In this document: in pieces, positions 49,157 through 62,100 of the stretch
Numbering within the stretch: the first letter of the stretch is position 1
How the letters are laid out: each line of letters starts with the position of its first letter
Assembly (NCBI RefSeq): GCF_037042905.1
Contig: NC_087251.1
Span: forward strand, 17,858,001 to 17,922,000
Reading direction: 5' to 3'
Length of the DNA: 64,000 nucleotides
Source: Lytechinus pictus
Lineage: Eukaryota
Program-made: the position numbers and the translations under genes
Notes under the pieces: generated by a model
Database searches by the model: none
What the model was told of the DNA's origin: nothing
What the model saw: only the letters and a program-made list of their open reading frames with translations

Positions 49157-49828
49157 GTAGCAAAATAATATTTTACTCCACGACAAAGTGTCTAAATAAT
49201 CACATGTAGAAAGCAGTAGAGGAGAAAATGTCACTCATCCAGTTCACAGACAACTCACGACTACAAAGTATTAGAATTTCAGCGGAGCTCTGCATGTGAC
49301 ATGACTTCACTCCGTCGAGGCAAAACAAATTCTCACGCTTGTCAAAGTTCGCGGCAGTATTATGAACGAAATGTATGCGTCGTCTGCTGCTCGCTCTGAA
49401 TCTGGCTGGCACGTTTGTCCGTAAAGCAGTCACCGCTCCGAGCAAACACACAGGACTCAACCACCCTACACTGCACATGCGCACTATCCGTGTATGCTTG
49501 GCATGACATTTCAAGCATACTGATGACGTATGGGAGTGGAATGTACAATCATAGTACCCACACGCACTGGCGGAGCGGTGCCCGGGGAAAATAATCCCAG
49601 GCTGATTCATTAGCAACAGGAAGCGCCAAGACTGGGGCCTCAACGCTGCCGTGCTATTATTAAATATGTTTTGGAGCGTGGGCGACATCGCGGGTTTGAA
49701 AGACAGTCATTTTCTTCAGGCTAGCTCTGTATTTCTGCTAAATGCAAGTTCTTGCTCACTTCTCTGGGGTGGGGCTGTCGGAATAATCATCGGTTTTGGA
49801 TAGGTGTGGATGAATCATATCAAACTGC

Positions 49829-49969
49829 CTAACAAAAAATAAATATATTGGCAAAACAAGTATAAGAACAAAGTGGATAAGGTGAAGGGGAGGGTTCTCT
49901 GTAAAGGGAAAACAGAGCCTCAGCATCACAACAGATGAAAAAAAAATCGTGTTTGAGAATGGATCTCAC
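49829..49969 (-). other. Candidate 141-nt intron in the IRF2BP 5'UTR
   Basis: Donor AAG|GTGAGA at 49970/49969; pyrimidine-rich body; acceptor tttattttttgttag at 49829; alternative acceptor ttttccctttacag near 49898. Confidence 0.5.
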
Positions 49970-49979
49970 CTTTCTTATT

Positions 49980-50450
49980 CCATAAACCCAATCAATACTA
50001 GCCGAGGCACGTAGCAACGGGTAACGAAATCCTCGCAAACTATAAAGCCCTTTTCGAGAAAAGGTCTCGCAGTATCAATCTCCCAGCAGTTAAAAATGAG
50101 AGGGAAAATATAATCGTTGTATCTTGCGATTGGCTCACGAATTAAGCCCGCGGCGGCGGTATAGTAAGTTTGCAAAACCAGCAATCGAACCGCGTAACGC
50201 TATCTGCGACTCGTCGACTCGGGTAACGTCGAGTGTGTCGATCACTCCATCATCCGACACCGCTCCGCGATCGAATCCGGAAATAACTGCCGCCAAAAAT
50301 GTGGTAGTCTCGAAACATGAAACTCCATTAAAAAGATCTCAACACTTGATTTAACTTCAACCAGAGCTATAATCTCTTCGCTCAGGGCTTACTTCGCCAC
50401 GGATATCGCTCTCAAGACTAGCAAAGATCCGCTGCCTCCAGGGATCAATT
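49980..50450 (-). promoter_or_regulatory. CpG-rich promoter region of the IRF2BP gene
   Basis: High CpG density; CCAAT box (gagCCAATcg) on the minus strand at 50129-50133; GC-rich run at 50147-50160; lies just upstream of the candidate donor. Confidence 0.55.
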
Positions 50451-51750
50451 GCAAGAAAGTATAGACTATATACCAAGTACGAGGTCGTCTCCATCCTCAG
50501 TCGTGGGGAGAAAAAAACATTTTCAACGATGATGATGAGGCCGAAACATGAAATTAGATTGTATGCTGTAATAGCCTAGAATTACATGCACATTATTCCA
50601 TCTTTATACTCATGCGAATCATACAATTTCTTTCAATTGTCCAATCACCAGACTTTTTGTTACTCGATTTACTCCTGTATAAATGAAGCATACATTATTA
50701 CACACCATTACACCCCACTTAGCCTACACACCCGCACACGGCCATACATAATCCACCAATCAAAAACAGATTAAACAAAATAATCTGGACTTATAAATTT
50801 CGTTTATATCACTCTGAATTGGAATTTCGTCTTTGACTAAAATTAATAAGCATAACGTTGAAATATACTTTTCTACCATTAGGCAAAATTCATTTATCCC
50901 TGTAATTAGTATTGCGAATGAATATAAGAACGGTATTCCATATTGTACTATAAAGGGAACGTCACGTCACAATAACTAATGTTCAGAAATAACATTACAC
51001 CGCAAAATCTAAAGAGGATGTAGCCACATTGTCTCACAATTATCCACGATTACCATGATAACTCGACTTAACAATGCAGAATTTGATTATGTTTACCCAT
51101 CGTTGCCCAGGAAACATTAATGATGATTGAGAACGGGAAACAATCGAATGATTGTTTCGGGTTCATCCAATGAATACAATCTAATTTAAAATCCATATCA
51201 CGAACAGCTGAATGTGGTAGAGAAAATGATACCATAGATGCATAATTAAACATGCGCAATTGAGAGTAACATTCCTCGCACATTAACAAATAATGAACAC
51301 TAATCTAATGAACCAAAATCAATTACCAGTAAGCTTTATTATAATCAATACATGGAATTGTATAGTTTTATGAAACAAAATCATCAAAAGAGAAAAGTTT
51401 GTCGCATTTCATTATTATTCGTCATCATGATCACAACGAAAGCGATGTATTAATCAGAGTTGTATTCCATAAACATATCTGGCGATAATATTAAGTAATC
51501 CTGTCATCATCCAAATTACAAGTGCAATTTACGACCTTTTAACAAAGGTACAAACCTTTAAAGTTTAAACGATATTTTACCACAAAAAGTGCAGAAAGTG
51601 AGCCAAAATGGACAACCGACATCTCAGCTGAGGTAACATCTCACATTTCGACTGCCGTGGCAATGTATTATAATATGAATTTTAATATTTAAGTATCATT
51701 ACAAATGAATTATTAATGTGATACATAGTGCGTATATACATTCAAAATGC

Positions 51751-52070
51751 AAAGAGACATCGATGAATATTATTTTGTACGATCATTATAGTCCGTCTTT
51801 AGCAATGCTATTTTCGTAGATTTTGAGCTCTATCGTGACAAGCCATGAAATATTGCAACACTGACAAAAAGACATCGATATAGTCCGTCTTGAGCAATGC
51901 TATTTTTGTAGATTTTGAGCTCCATAGTGACATGAAATTACAAAACTGACAAAGAGACAACGATGAATTCTATTTTATAATAAACCAATTGTGAATTGTG
52001 ATCAAACTTCAAGCTTTATTTGCAACAATTTGTAGTTTTTGAGCTCTATAAACATGATAAATTGCAACTA
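51751..52070. repeat. Short tandem repeat, ~3 diverged copies of ~85-115 bp
   Basis: Repeated 'aaagagacatcgat', 'tagtccgtctt.agcaatgctatttt.gtagattttgagctc'. Confidence 0.8.
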
Positions 52071-52789
52071 TACACTAACACTGGAGCATGTCCTTCCGTT
52101 CCATGATGATAGAGAAGGAAAAGGCCAAGCAAAAACAAAAACATACTTAATTAGGTAACGTCTGTTATTGAATTTGTGATGACTGATATTTCATACCGTG
52201 ACTAGCCAATTAGTCAACCAGTGGGACAGAAAAACAAATTTACTCACTCGGGAACTCCTCATTCAAATCAGGTTTTCTGAGTCGTTTTGTTTATCCGAGG
52301 GCAATATGTACAGGGTGAGAACTCCTCTTGGTAAACAAGAAAACTTGTTCTAGATTACATGGATGTGGCCAATTAACATTTAAGACGGAGTTAGAACCTG
52401 GGGTCTTGTATTTCTGTGCCAAACATCTCTGCCATGGGCATGATGGGTGGATACGGAAATGACTGTCCCACAGGACTGGGCCGCGCAAGTTTAGAGAGAA
52501 TTTGGTTAAGGACTTAAAGTAAGAAGAAAATCATTCATGTCATTCGTTGAGTATCTAAAATATAAATAATCTCATTACTGGGTAGGAGAATAACGAATGA
52601 AAATATTGACTGGTGATACGTTTAATTTGTATTCATATCCAGGAATATCCTGGGATAGGCTCATAATTATTTGGCCCACTCACGTTTTTTATCATTTAAT
52701 GTGTCGAATTTCTTTAACGTTATTTGTTGCAACTATTTCGAAAGTTTAATGTGTCATAATATACATAGAACGGAAAATTTAAATTTTCA

Positions 52790-53197
52790 ATTTTCCTACA
52801 GCAAAAAAAATAAATAGCGAGTGTGTGGCGACATCGACTCCCTCTATCTACAAAGATGTGTATAATTATTAAGCGAAACTTAAATATACCATAATTATCT
52901 TTCTTATTTTATATGCGATATGGAGGTGCGATTGCTCAGTCGGTAGAGCGGGGGTTTGGGATTCCGATCCCCACTTGGTGCGCTATAGTGCCCTTTGGTG
53001 AAGCATTAATCCTCATTTCCAGGTCCCTCGGAGAGGACCTTAAGCCGTCGGTCCTCTGGTTGCTTGCTTACAAGCATTCATGCTTTCTTAGCAATCAGGT
53101 AAAAAAATCACCACCATTCTATATAATTAAATTTTCAGCGCTATACTTGTCGGATTTTCTCTATGTATGAATTAACTTATTCGTGTGGACGTGGCCT
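52790..53197. mobile_element. Degenerate Kolobok-type right arm interrupted by a SINE
   Basis: 'aagcgaaactt...tttcttatttta | ... | aaattttcagcg...gtggacgtggcct-ttaa' matches 20941-21070. Confidence 0.65.
52921..53112 (+). mobile_element. tRNA-derived SINE with Nin/Deu-like core
   Basis: Head 'ttgctcagtcggtagagcg', degenerate B-box, core 'ggtccctcggagaggaccttaagccgtcggtcc'. Confidence 0.7.
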
Positions 53198-56100
53198 TTA
53201 ACAAAAAGTTCGCAACATCGCCACCTCCATTCTTGCTTCCTGAAATCTCAAAATGGATTCTTGCCAGGCAAAACATTAGAACTCTCAAATTTTCAATGTT
53301 TCCGGTTAAACTACTTTTTTTTCTTTAAGAACAAACGAGGTATATATTTACACTGGAAATACGCATAATGCCGCAAAAGGTCTGATAAAAACAAATCAGG
53401 TCATGGCGTGTATAACAAAAAGACTGCGTATAGAAGCTGAGCAATAAAGGATTCGAAATCTCATCATGAAAATTGGCATCACCAATGTGCACCTGACACA
53501 TGAAATACCATCAAGAAAACAAGACAGGAAGACGTGACAAAACCTAGACAGCTCCCAATCTCTTCACTATCTCGCCATTCAATAAACTCAAAATATACAT
53601 GTCACAAACTTGTGTAACCCTACTCCCCGGGTCTCTTTCCCGATAAGCAATACCGATGACAGAAAGCTGAATGTCGGAAGATTGAAAAGGTTCAGAATAT
53701 TTATTAATTCTTATCAAGTCCATCTGTCATCTTTGTATCATCGCATCGCATCTCATCCTTCATATTAAACTATAGCGAGATAGCCAGCATCTTTATGAAA
53801 TATTTCATACTACATGGTGATACATCTTAATACATATCGCAGTCACATAATTTGTGTTCTGGAATCAGTTAGATGTAAATGTGTTGAAAGCTATTTCTAT
53901 AACCATTCTAATGCAATATAGATGTGTTTCAATCATCGATGTAGGAAATATATGATTGTGATATTTTTTAACTATCCCATGATTGATATCTCACAGTTCA
54001 TTTGATATATTTGACTTACAAAAGATTGGGGGCAATGGCAAAATAAAATGAGAATGAGACCGGGGTATAAAAAGTTTTATCTTACCTGATATTATGCTGA
54101 CAAGAAGAAAAAAATGAATTTACATTACGCAAACTTTTTGATTTCTTTAAAAATAATGAATATTTATATAGCTTGGCGACGACATGTACTTTCAATATTT
54201 GTTACAGGGGGTGCATAGTTTCAGTAAAATATTGGGAATAAATTAAGGTACATACATGTAGATGATGTAGATCAAGGGTTCGAAGCGCCGCCTGTACGAT
54301 GGACCATTCAGCCGGCAGAGCAACTGATGAATTTCCTGGTTAATTAAATAATTATTTGGCATAAAAGGTAAATCGCCTACTCACCAGGGCATCGCCAGCA
54401 TCCTGCCTATTGTGCAGATGAATTATGAAAACAATTTAAAAGAGAAAATGCTGGCCATCCCCACCCACGCAGAAAATTATTTAGAACGAAATTGACTATA
54501 GAATAGTGTTATAAAATGCATACACAAAAATATGAAGAGAAATGTACCCTCTTTCGTGACGTTGATTGTGTAAATGTTTATTTTTCTGCTAATATTCTTA
54601 CACCGATTGCAAGATAATTCATACCTATATAATAGAGATTTTGTTTAATGGGGCGGGAGTATCTATTTTAATTAATCGTTACCTCTCCCTTTAGCATGTT
54701 TAGAGCGTGAAAGCTAAATGGTATAAGCAAAGGGGAAATACATCAACATTTGTAGGAGAAAGGGGGATATATACAGAAAAACGGTAAATCTAAATTGAAA
54801 GAATGGAAGAGCAGATTTTACTGGGTATACCATTTTATTGAGACCCAGATTTAGTGAGGGAAGAGTGGGGCAGCTACTCTTTAATATCTTTAATGAAACT
54901 GAAATAATATAAACCAAAACAGCTGCTGAAGTACTCAGAGCATAATAAAAATAACCAATCACAAAAATGGACAACATGAAAATAAAAATGTAGGGCACTT
55001 GTGCAACATCCTATCACGTATTGGGTATTACTATAGGCGCATGTGTTCCAAACCGCATTTCAAATAGCGTGGTTTTGATATTTTGCGGTATTGATTGGGA
55101 AAGTGTTCAATTGCGATACGACAGATGTTTGCATCTTTTAGACGAAAATCATCTTGACAAGAGAAAATAGATGGGATGGTCTATGAAAGATAGACAGAGA
55201 TGTGGAGAAGGAGATGACGATTTGATGGAATGAGATGGGGGAGAGGAAGAGGTAGATGAGAAGCGACGGCGAATGACGACATTCATTCACTATGGTAATT
55301 TATTTCGTTTAACTCGACTGCTAAAAAGTCCTGAGTGCTTGCTTGCAAGCGACCACAGGACAAACGGCTCTAACCCCTGTCAGACGGAGCAGGTATACGA
55401 ATGCCGAACCAAACGGTAGGTGGTTTCCATCCCTTGCATACCTGAGTTTCAAACCAACCGATCTTCAAGCGTTACACCTCCACACCATTTTTGGGGGGGA
55501 GGTGCATTCATGCAGACCCATTAACTTGCACTGCGTTCAAAAGTTACATAACTCGATGACACTTTACAACTGAAAATGAATTTAAGTGAACAATACTTTT
55601 CAGTCAAGTTCATTAAGGTAAATCTCATTATTCTTGTGAAATAGGAAGACGTTGATGGAGGGCCTCATACCGCTAGAAATAATGACGTAAAATTATGTCT
55701 TGCATCGTCATGAGCTGATGATCATGAATACTTCCGGAAGAGTCACGAGAAATCGACATTATGAACACATTCGTCGATCATTCCAAAATCTTTGACTTTG
55801 CCGCTCCCCGAAGTACCCTCATTCACCTTGGCATTTCAACCCTCTTTCATCTTTACGAATGCAAATGGAGTAAGCTTCCGAGCTCTTCAAAAAACGGCAA
55901 GATGGTTGCTTAGGATGCGATCTTTGAATAACCTTTTGACTCCTTTTCTCCCCTTTTCCAGGAATAATGCTCGTATTCAACAGGCCGACATCGTTACCCA
56001 GATAGCTTAGAAAACGTTGGATGAATCGATTGTCACATATACCGTTGGGATATTAAGAAAGGAAATATGAAAGAAAATACGCTTGCATCCAGTGCCTGCT

Positions 56101-56430
56101 ACCATGTGAGTATGGTCGAGAGAAAATTACTAAAAGTTCGTGTGTGTGTTTTTTTTTGCCTTTCAATCAATTATAAAGCAGATTTAAAAACCAGTGCCAA
56201 TTGAGTAATAGTAGCAGTAATCACGCACAAGCCTTTATTTTCATGAATGATTAAGAGAAGATGATTATTAATTCATTCATTCACTTACTTTCAAGTTCAT
56301 CGTTTCAAAAATATTTTCTTTTATCAATTGGACTGATGCTTAATTATAAAATATGAAATGCGTAAATCACAAAGATGTTCCGAATTAGTCATTCAGAGAG
56401 AAAAGGGAAAAAATGCATGAAGAGTACTTA

Positions 56431-56592
56431 TACCTCGGTCACATTTGCTCTACGGCCGCCGTACGGCGAGTTGAAAACAGTCGTTTTATTCAGCTTTATT
56501 CAAACCACCTATATGTAGCTAGTACACAAAATATTTAAACGGCTGTTTTCGACTCGCAGTACGGCCGCCGTAGAACAAATGTGACCGAGGTA
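56431..56592. mobile_element. 162-bp palindromic Harbinger-type MITE (TTA TSD)
   Basis: About 55-bp imperfect TIRs beginning TACCTCGGTCACATTTG; TTA at 56428-56430 and 56593-56595. Confidence 0.92.
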
Positions 56593-58602
56593 TTACATAC
56601 ATCGATGTGTCTTCATTAATCGCAAACTTGAAATACTTAATCCCCTTGTCCCATTTTAAATTTACAACATGCAAGAGTGTTACCATTTGGCATGTTTGGG
56701 GAGACAACCAAAATTTGCAGAACCATGCTACTGCAGGTACACTTACTAAAATATGTACTATTGAGAAATAGACCTCGAAATTGCTCGACATTTTATGCAA
56801 GTGTAACTTTGAAAGAGACACAAGACAGGCAAATCTACCATGACCATGTTTGAACCCAAGAACCGAGACGTCATCTTGTGCCATGATGATAGGGAAGTCA
56901 TCTTACCCCAGACATCATCAATCAATGAGATAACCACGTGTTCGTGTCTCGACTGGCGAATCACGACCCTTGATAGAGATCCAGTAAGTTTGAACTGCAT
57001 CATAACCCTCTTGCATGTTGACATGCACCTAGTCTAGGAATAGCGTTACATCATATATTTACAGTTCTGCACAGGCAATCGAAAACAATTTCTTTACTAT
57101 TTATCATAAACCCCTCCCCCCCCTCTCTCTCTCGCACACACACACACACACCCACGCACCCCCCCCCCACACACACGCACAAAAAAAAAAACATGATAAT
57201 GATTTCAGATCATGAGCTCCAAAAATCCGAACCTGATTTAGGCAACACCAAGAACTATACAATGCGACCTACAAAAGGCACTTTTTACTTTCAGTTTTTA
57301 ATCTAGCATGGGCCATGTTTCTAGTTGACAATGGAATCATTTTTCAAAGTAAAAATCATAAATATGTTCCTAGAGACAGGGATTTTCCAATCAAATTTAT
57401 CAGGATCTAGTTACAATATTACCATTCCAATGCAAGGGGGGGGGGTCGAGCAGGGTATATCGCGTCGGTCATTGCTCTTTTGGAAACTCGAGAAATGCAG
57501 AATGAGGAGAGAAATACTTTTCATCAGGAATGACGTGGGCATGAGCAGTACTTGACTCACTGATTAGCACTGAAAACCAAATCATTCAACACAAGAGTAG
57601 CGCCAGTCAGAAACACTAATAAACGTTTCCTAACGTTTACATGAATAACGAGTTCGCACCATTTGCGATTCGCCTCAGAGCTTTCGGTTCCCCCTCTGGT
57701 GATGTTGGACCAACCGAACTAAACATTGATTTTAATATATTCAATCTGAAGAACACTTCACCCGGGCTTGTATTTCATCGTTCTCTTTGGTTACGTTCTG
57801 ATGATTGTTATTGTTGACACTGATCCCATCGAGGTCTCATTTGAAAAATAGAATGTCTCTTTAAAGAAACGTGTATTAAAAACGAGTGTACTCTTTAACA
57901 TGTTGACAGAGCACTGAACCAATTTACACTATGTCGTCGTGTTTAGCTGAGTGCACGTATGAAATCAAAGTAGAGTGTTCGAAATCAAGGCGGTAGTGAA
58001 TTTTAATGTCAAACAACAGTCAAACAGGTTTAATATTGCCAAATAAAAATATGAAATATGGAAACTTTTCCTAAGATACGGAAACAAAGAAAGAGAGAGT
58101 GGGGGGGGGGGCTGCGATAATTTTGGTACACAATGTCGTTATCATTATCATACTAAATGCATTCCTGCAATAACATTAATTCTAGAATATTACGCTCATT
58201 GCATTTTCACAATGAATGGAAATAACAAGAAATAATTTTGTTCGAAGCAAGAGATGGAGTTCACAATGCGGTGCCAAAACTTTTTTTTGGAAATTGGAGG
58301 CATGAAGTTGAAGGAATCTTGACTCCACGCCAAAGTACAAGCAATTAAACTTATCTCTTAAAGCATGCAATTACGATGATATTCGACTGGAAAGATGTAC
58401 TAGTAATTCGTATGGAGTGATTATTAGTATCGTAGATGATAGGAGAGGGGGTTGTGGATGATGACTGTATGCCAATTAACTACATCCTGTGTCTTCTGCA
58501 CGCGGTGTTGTTCATCTGAGAGCCATGTTAATACCTCCAATTGACAGCTTCAACTTCATGAACAGTCGTAAATAGTGCAGTGGCTATTAATCTGCATGGG
58601 AT

Positions 58603-59190
58603 CAGGGGTCCGTAACACAAAGCTTATACCAGGGAGTTGGGGGACCCTGCATGCTTATACCTCAATCCCACTGCTTTTTTTTTAACAAGCGCACACCTAG
58701 TTACCAAAAATGCGTATAGCATTTTCATTTATTTGAATGCAGGATAAAAGAGCATTGCCGATTAAGTGCCTTGCTCATCACGGGCATAGGTACCGCGGCC
58801 GGGGATCGAACCTCGGACTTTCCATGTATACCCAGGCGCCTTAGACCACTCGGCCACGGCCCTCGACTCCTGTCGGGCATCCGTTACGATTGGCCTTTCG
58901 CAGCTGATCGGGAAAGTTTTAAAGAGGTCCAAATTTTTTCGCTACAATCACAACGACTGCCATGATATATGACTGACCTCATATCTGGTAAAGTCTGCCA
59001 TGATCACTGCGATTATTCCACGATTTAGACCACGGTTTCAATCTTGAAGCAAATCATGACAGTGGGAACTAGTATTAGCAATAATCGTAGAAGAATATCT
59101 TATGATTGATTGCACTGTCCACAATATACAATCAATCGTGAAAATCAAGCGTACGATCAATCGCTATATCCTTTGTGTCACGGGAACCTG
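58603..59190. mobile_element. Harbinger-type MITE carrying a SINE insertion
   Basis: Imperfect TIR CAGGGGTCCGTAACACAAAG / CTTTGTGTCACGGGAACCTG; 'gattgattgc/caatcaatcg' internal motifs. Confidence 0.6.
58625..58864 (-). mobile_element. tRNA-derived SINE
   Basis: Minus strand: A-box TGGCCGAGTGG, B-box GGTTCGATCCC, then 'tgagcaaggcacttaa' (CORE/V-SINE-like segment). Confidence 0.8.
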
Positions 59191-62100
59191 GAAGACTTTG
59201 AAGATGTTCGAGTAAAATTGTACTTTATTTCTATAAATGGCAGGGCATACACTCTCTAATTCTTTACATAATGAAGACAGACCAATCCAAACTTAAGATT
59301 TTAAATTCTCAATTTATTATATTTAGAAGTCAATTTCGCCCCAATGGCCCTACAGGGTTGCAAGTCAGTTTCACTCACTGGGCCTTAATACCACATTAAA
59401 GCCACATGATATGCTGCACAATAAACCACGAAAGGGAATAAACCACGAAATTGAAGTTATTGGGGTCTGAAGACTGACATCCCTGTCCCTATATTCTGAT
59501 AGAATGATTTACAAACTATTAAATTTAGAGCGATCGAAAAACATTAATAGTTAAAAACTTTGAAAAAAAATATACCGCGAGGAAACGGAAAATCTTCAAG
59601 GGGTAATACTGGTCCACAAGAAATAAGAGCCCAAAAATCGTCAATTAGAGTGAAATGCTACGCTAGCAATTGAAGATTATCGTGTAGTTGATTGTGGGGT
59701 GTTTTCCTCTGAAAACCTTTAAAGTTTTGATATTGGACTAATTATTGTCTCCATCGTTGGCATCATTTTGAGTTTCTCTACTCGGGACATCCCCATGATC
59801 CCGTTCACGACGTCACATCAAATCGAATTTAACCACCACATAACGCTTTCAATCTCCACTGCGTCGATGGCTGTGGCAGACGAAGCTCAGGGATCAGCTC
59901 GTCAAAAATGACGTGGGAAGCGGGAAATGAGTTGGCAACGCCACCCCAAGTGGATAGGCCACATCTCATAATGAGGCGCCGTCTCATCAGAGCGGAGAGC
60001 GAGATAACGTCATATCACTCATGTCACTTGCTGGATTTAAGCAATGTCGATTCGAAGTTTACCAAACAATTTCACTACTTGCATTGCCATCACCAAGAGG
60101 TTTACATGCACTTACTCGTCACAACACTATTCTTCACCATGTTCAAGGGCAAGCTAGCGCAGCAGGACCGCGTCTAATAACAGAGGGGCAATCGCACTAG
60201 TCAATTTGAAGAACTAGGAGAATTATCTACATACAAGGTGATATCGATGGCTTTCCATTGTCGCGCTTTACTGCACCTATTACAACTACTTATAAAAATG
60301 GGCCTAAATCATTTATTTCATGCTTGCAATGCATTTAAATTAACCCCACTCCAGTTTTACACCATCGGGCCAGGAATGGTATCGTTTTAGCCCTCTTCGA
60401 ATTTGGCATTCAGCCGATTCTAAAATGCATTTAACAAGCCAACGCGTGATTTTTATACTTCTTATATATATATTTATATATATATATTTTTTTTTTGGGG
60501 GGGGGGGGGGGTCTAAACGTCTTCAGAAATTCCTATTAAACTTATATTCTAGGTCGATGATGACCACATATTTCCGGTTAAAGACATTGAGAATGTAATC
60601 TTTGCCTCGAAAGGGATTTGGGCAGGGGTAGAACAGATTCAGGATTAAAATATTATTCATCATTTATCCTTCATCATACGATTTAAACCTTATAATGCAA
60701 GGTATATTTCCACGAATCAAAATATCCTCTGTTCAAGTATCAGCAACAACTCATTATAGAATAAATTGCCATGACAACTGGTCGGGAAGCCACGCAAGGA
60801 GATTGAAGGACATTTGCCGGACATTAAAGTTAATGTTAAAATAAGTGTTGGATTTAGGAAGAAAGGTAGTTTAATTTGGATTGGGATGAATTTCCTGCGT
60901 CATAGATTATTCAATGTCTAGCAGAACTCTTATAAAAATTTAAAGTATTAATGGCAGATCGGCGTAACGGCAGTGGGAGTGAACAACCTAGATGTTCAGG
61001 TAAATATAAGGATAAAGCGAAATCTTATTAAATACGTAATGACGTACATAAACTAATACGGATTTTATATCAAGCTGAGCGATAATATTTAGCCCTTTCA
61101 AACAACCCGAATCTAAAGAGCGATGAAATGTCCAAGAATTTCCTGCTTTTGCAATAATATAAAATATAACGGATACGTAACAATTTGATAAAAAAAATAA
61201 TTAATGATTTTTGGATAACATGAGATTTATTTCTAATAAAGAAAGTTACAGCTTAGTTCATTTAAAGCCTCATAACGCATCTAATAAACCATAACTTTGC
61301 AAACAGCAGTGTATATGAAAGCCACGACTGAGAAAGGAGCAATATTTGACTGCGATCGTTATCATGTCATAAAGTAAATTTGTCGGTGCTCGAATATTAT
61401 TGCCTGGTCAGCATGATCAATAGATCATGATCCGAAGACATGTGGCATGAGCAGAAACTGAATAGAAAGTAATGTCTTCAACGTCCAGCAGCTTAGCTGC
61501 ACGTGTGAATTAGCAATAATGAACCGTTATAACAGAATGCATAAGAGATCCACAATTAATATTTATTTTGAAGTCTTGATTACTTGACATGGGGTGATAT
61601 GTAACCAATGTCAAAGGTTCCTCTATCATATCAAAGTCTGATCACCCTATTTGGCTGCGTAAGAAAAAAAATCACGCGCTATGTCTACATCTACCTTAGA
61701 TCAATGGCTCTATATTTCAAGAAAGGGAACGGAAAAGGAAAGGGGATGGAACACGGTATAACAGTCATGAAAGAAGAACCAAGGAACATGACTTTTATAC
61801 CACTCTCTGAATACGCCAATCTGCAGACACTAATTTGACGATGGGGTTCAAGGCCACAGACATGATCTTAGTGGAAATTCTTATTTTATTATTGTTGATT
61901 GGGAGACTTGCCCAGATGGTAGTTCGTGTTAATGCGTCAATGGTGACGACACAGTGAATATAGGGGATCGTCTACATAATACAGGCTGCTAAGAACATTC
62001 ATAAATCGTTCTAAGGGTAATGAACGAAGCTAATAAGAGAGCCGTAAACAAAATGATACAGCATATACGCTATTTTTGGAGTTTTCTGGAGAAACAGAGA

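Noticed and set aside
47160..49209. Antisense and alternate-frame ORFs overlapping IRF2BP (up to 158 aa)
   Set aside because: Expected shadows of a relatively GC-rich CDS; no recognisable domains.
49157..49234. N-terminal extension of the 683-aa ORF in the track
   Set aside because: It begins at GTG; family similarity starts near RQHCYLC, so ATG 49156 (or 49129) is preferred.
58780..58864. tRNA-like sequences here and at ~8400-8470, ~12237, ~30490, ~52921
   Set aside because: A/B boxes are present but there is no complete cloverleaf, and most run into SINE body sequence; treated as SINE heads.
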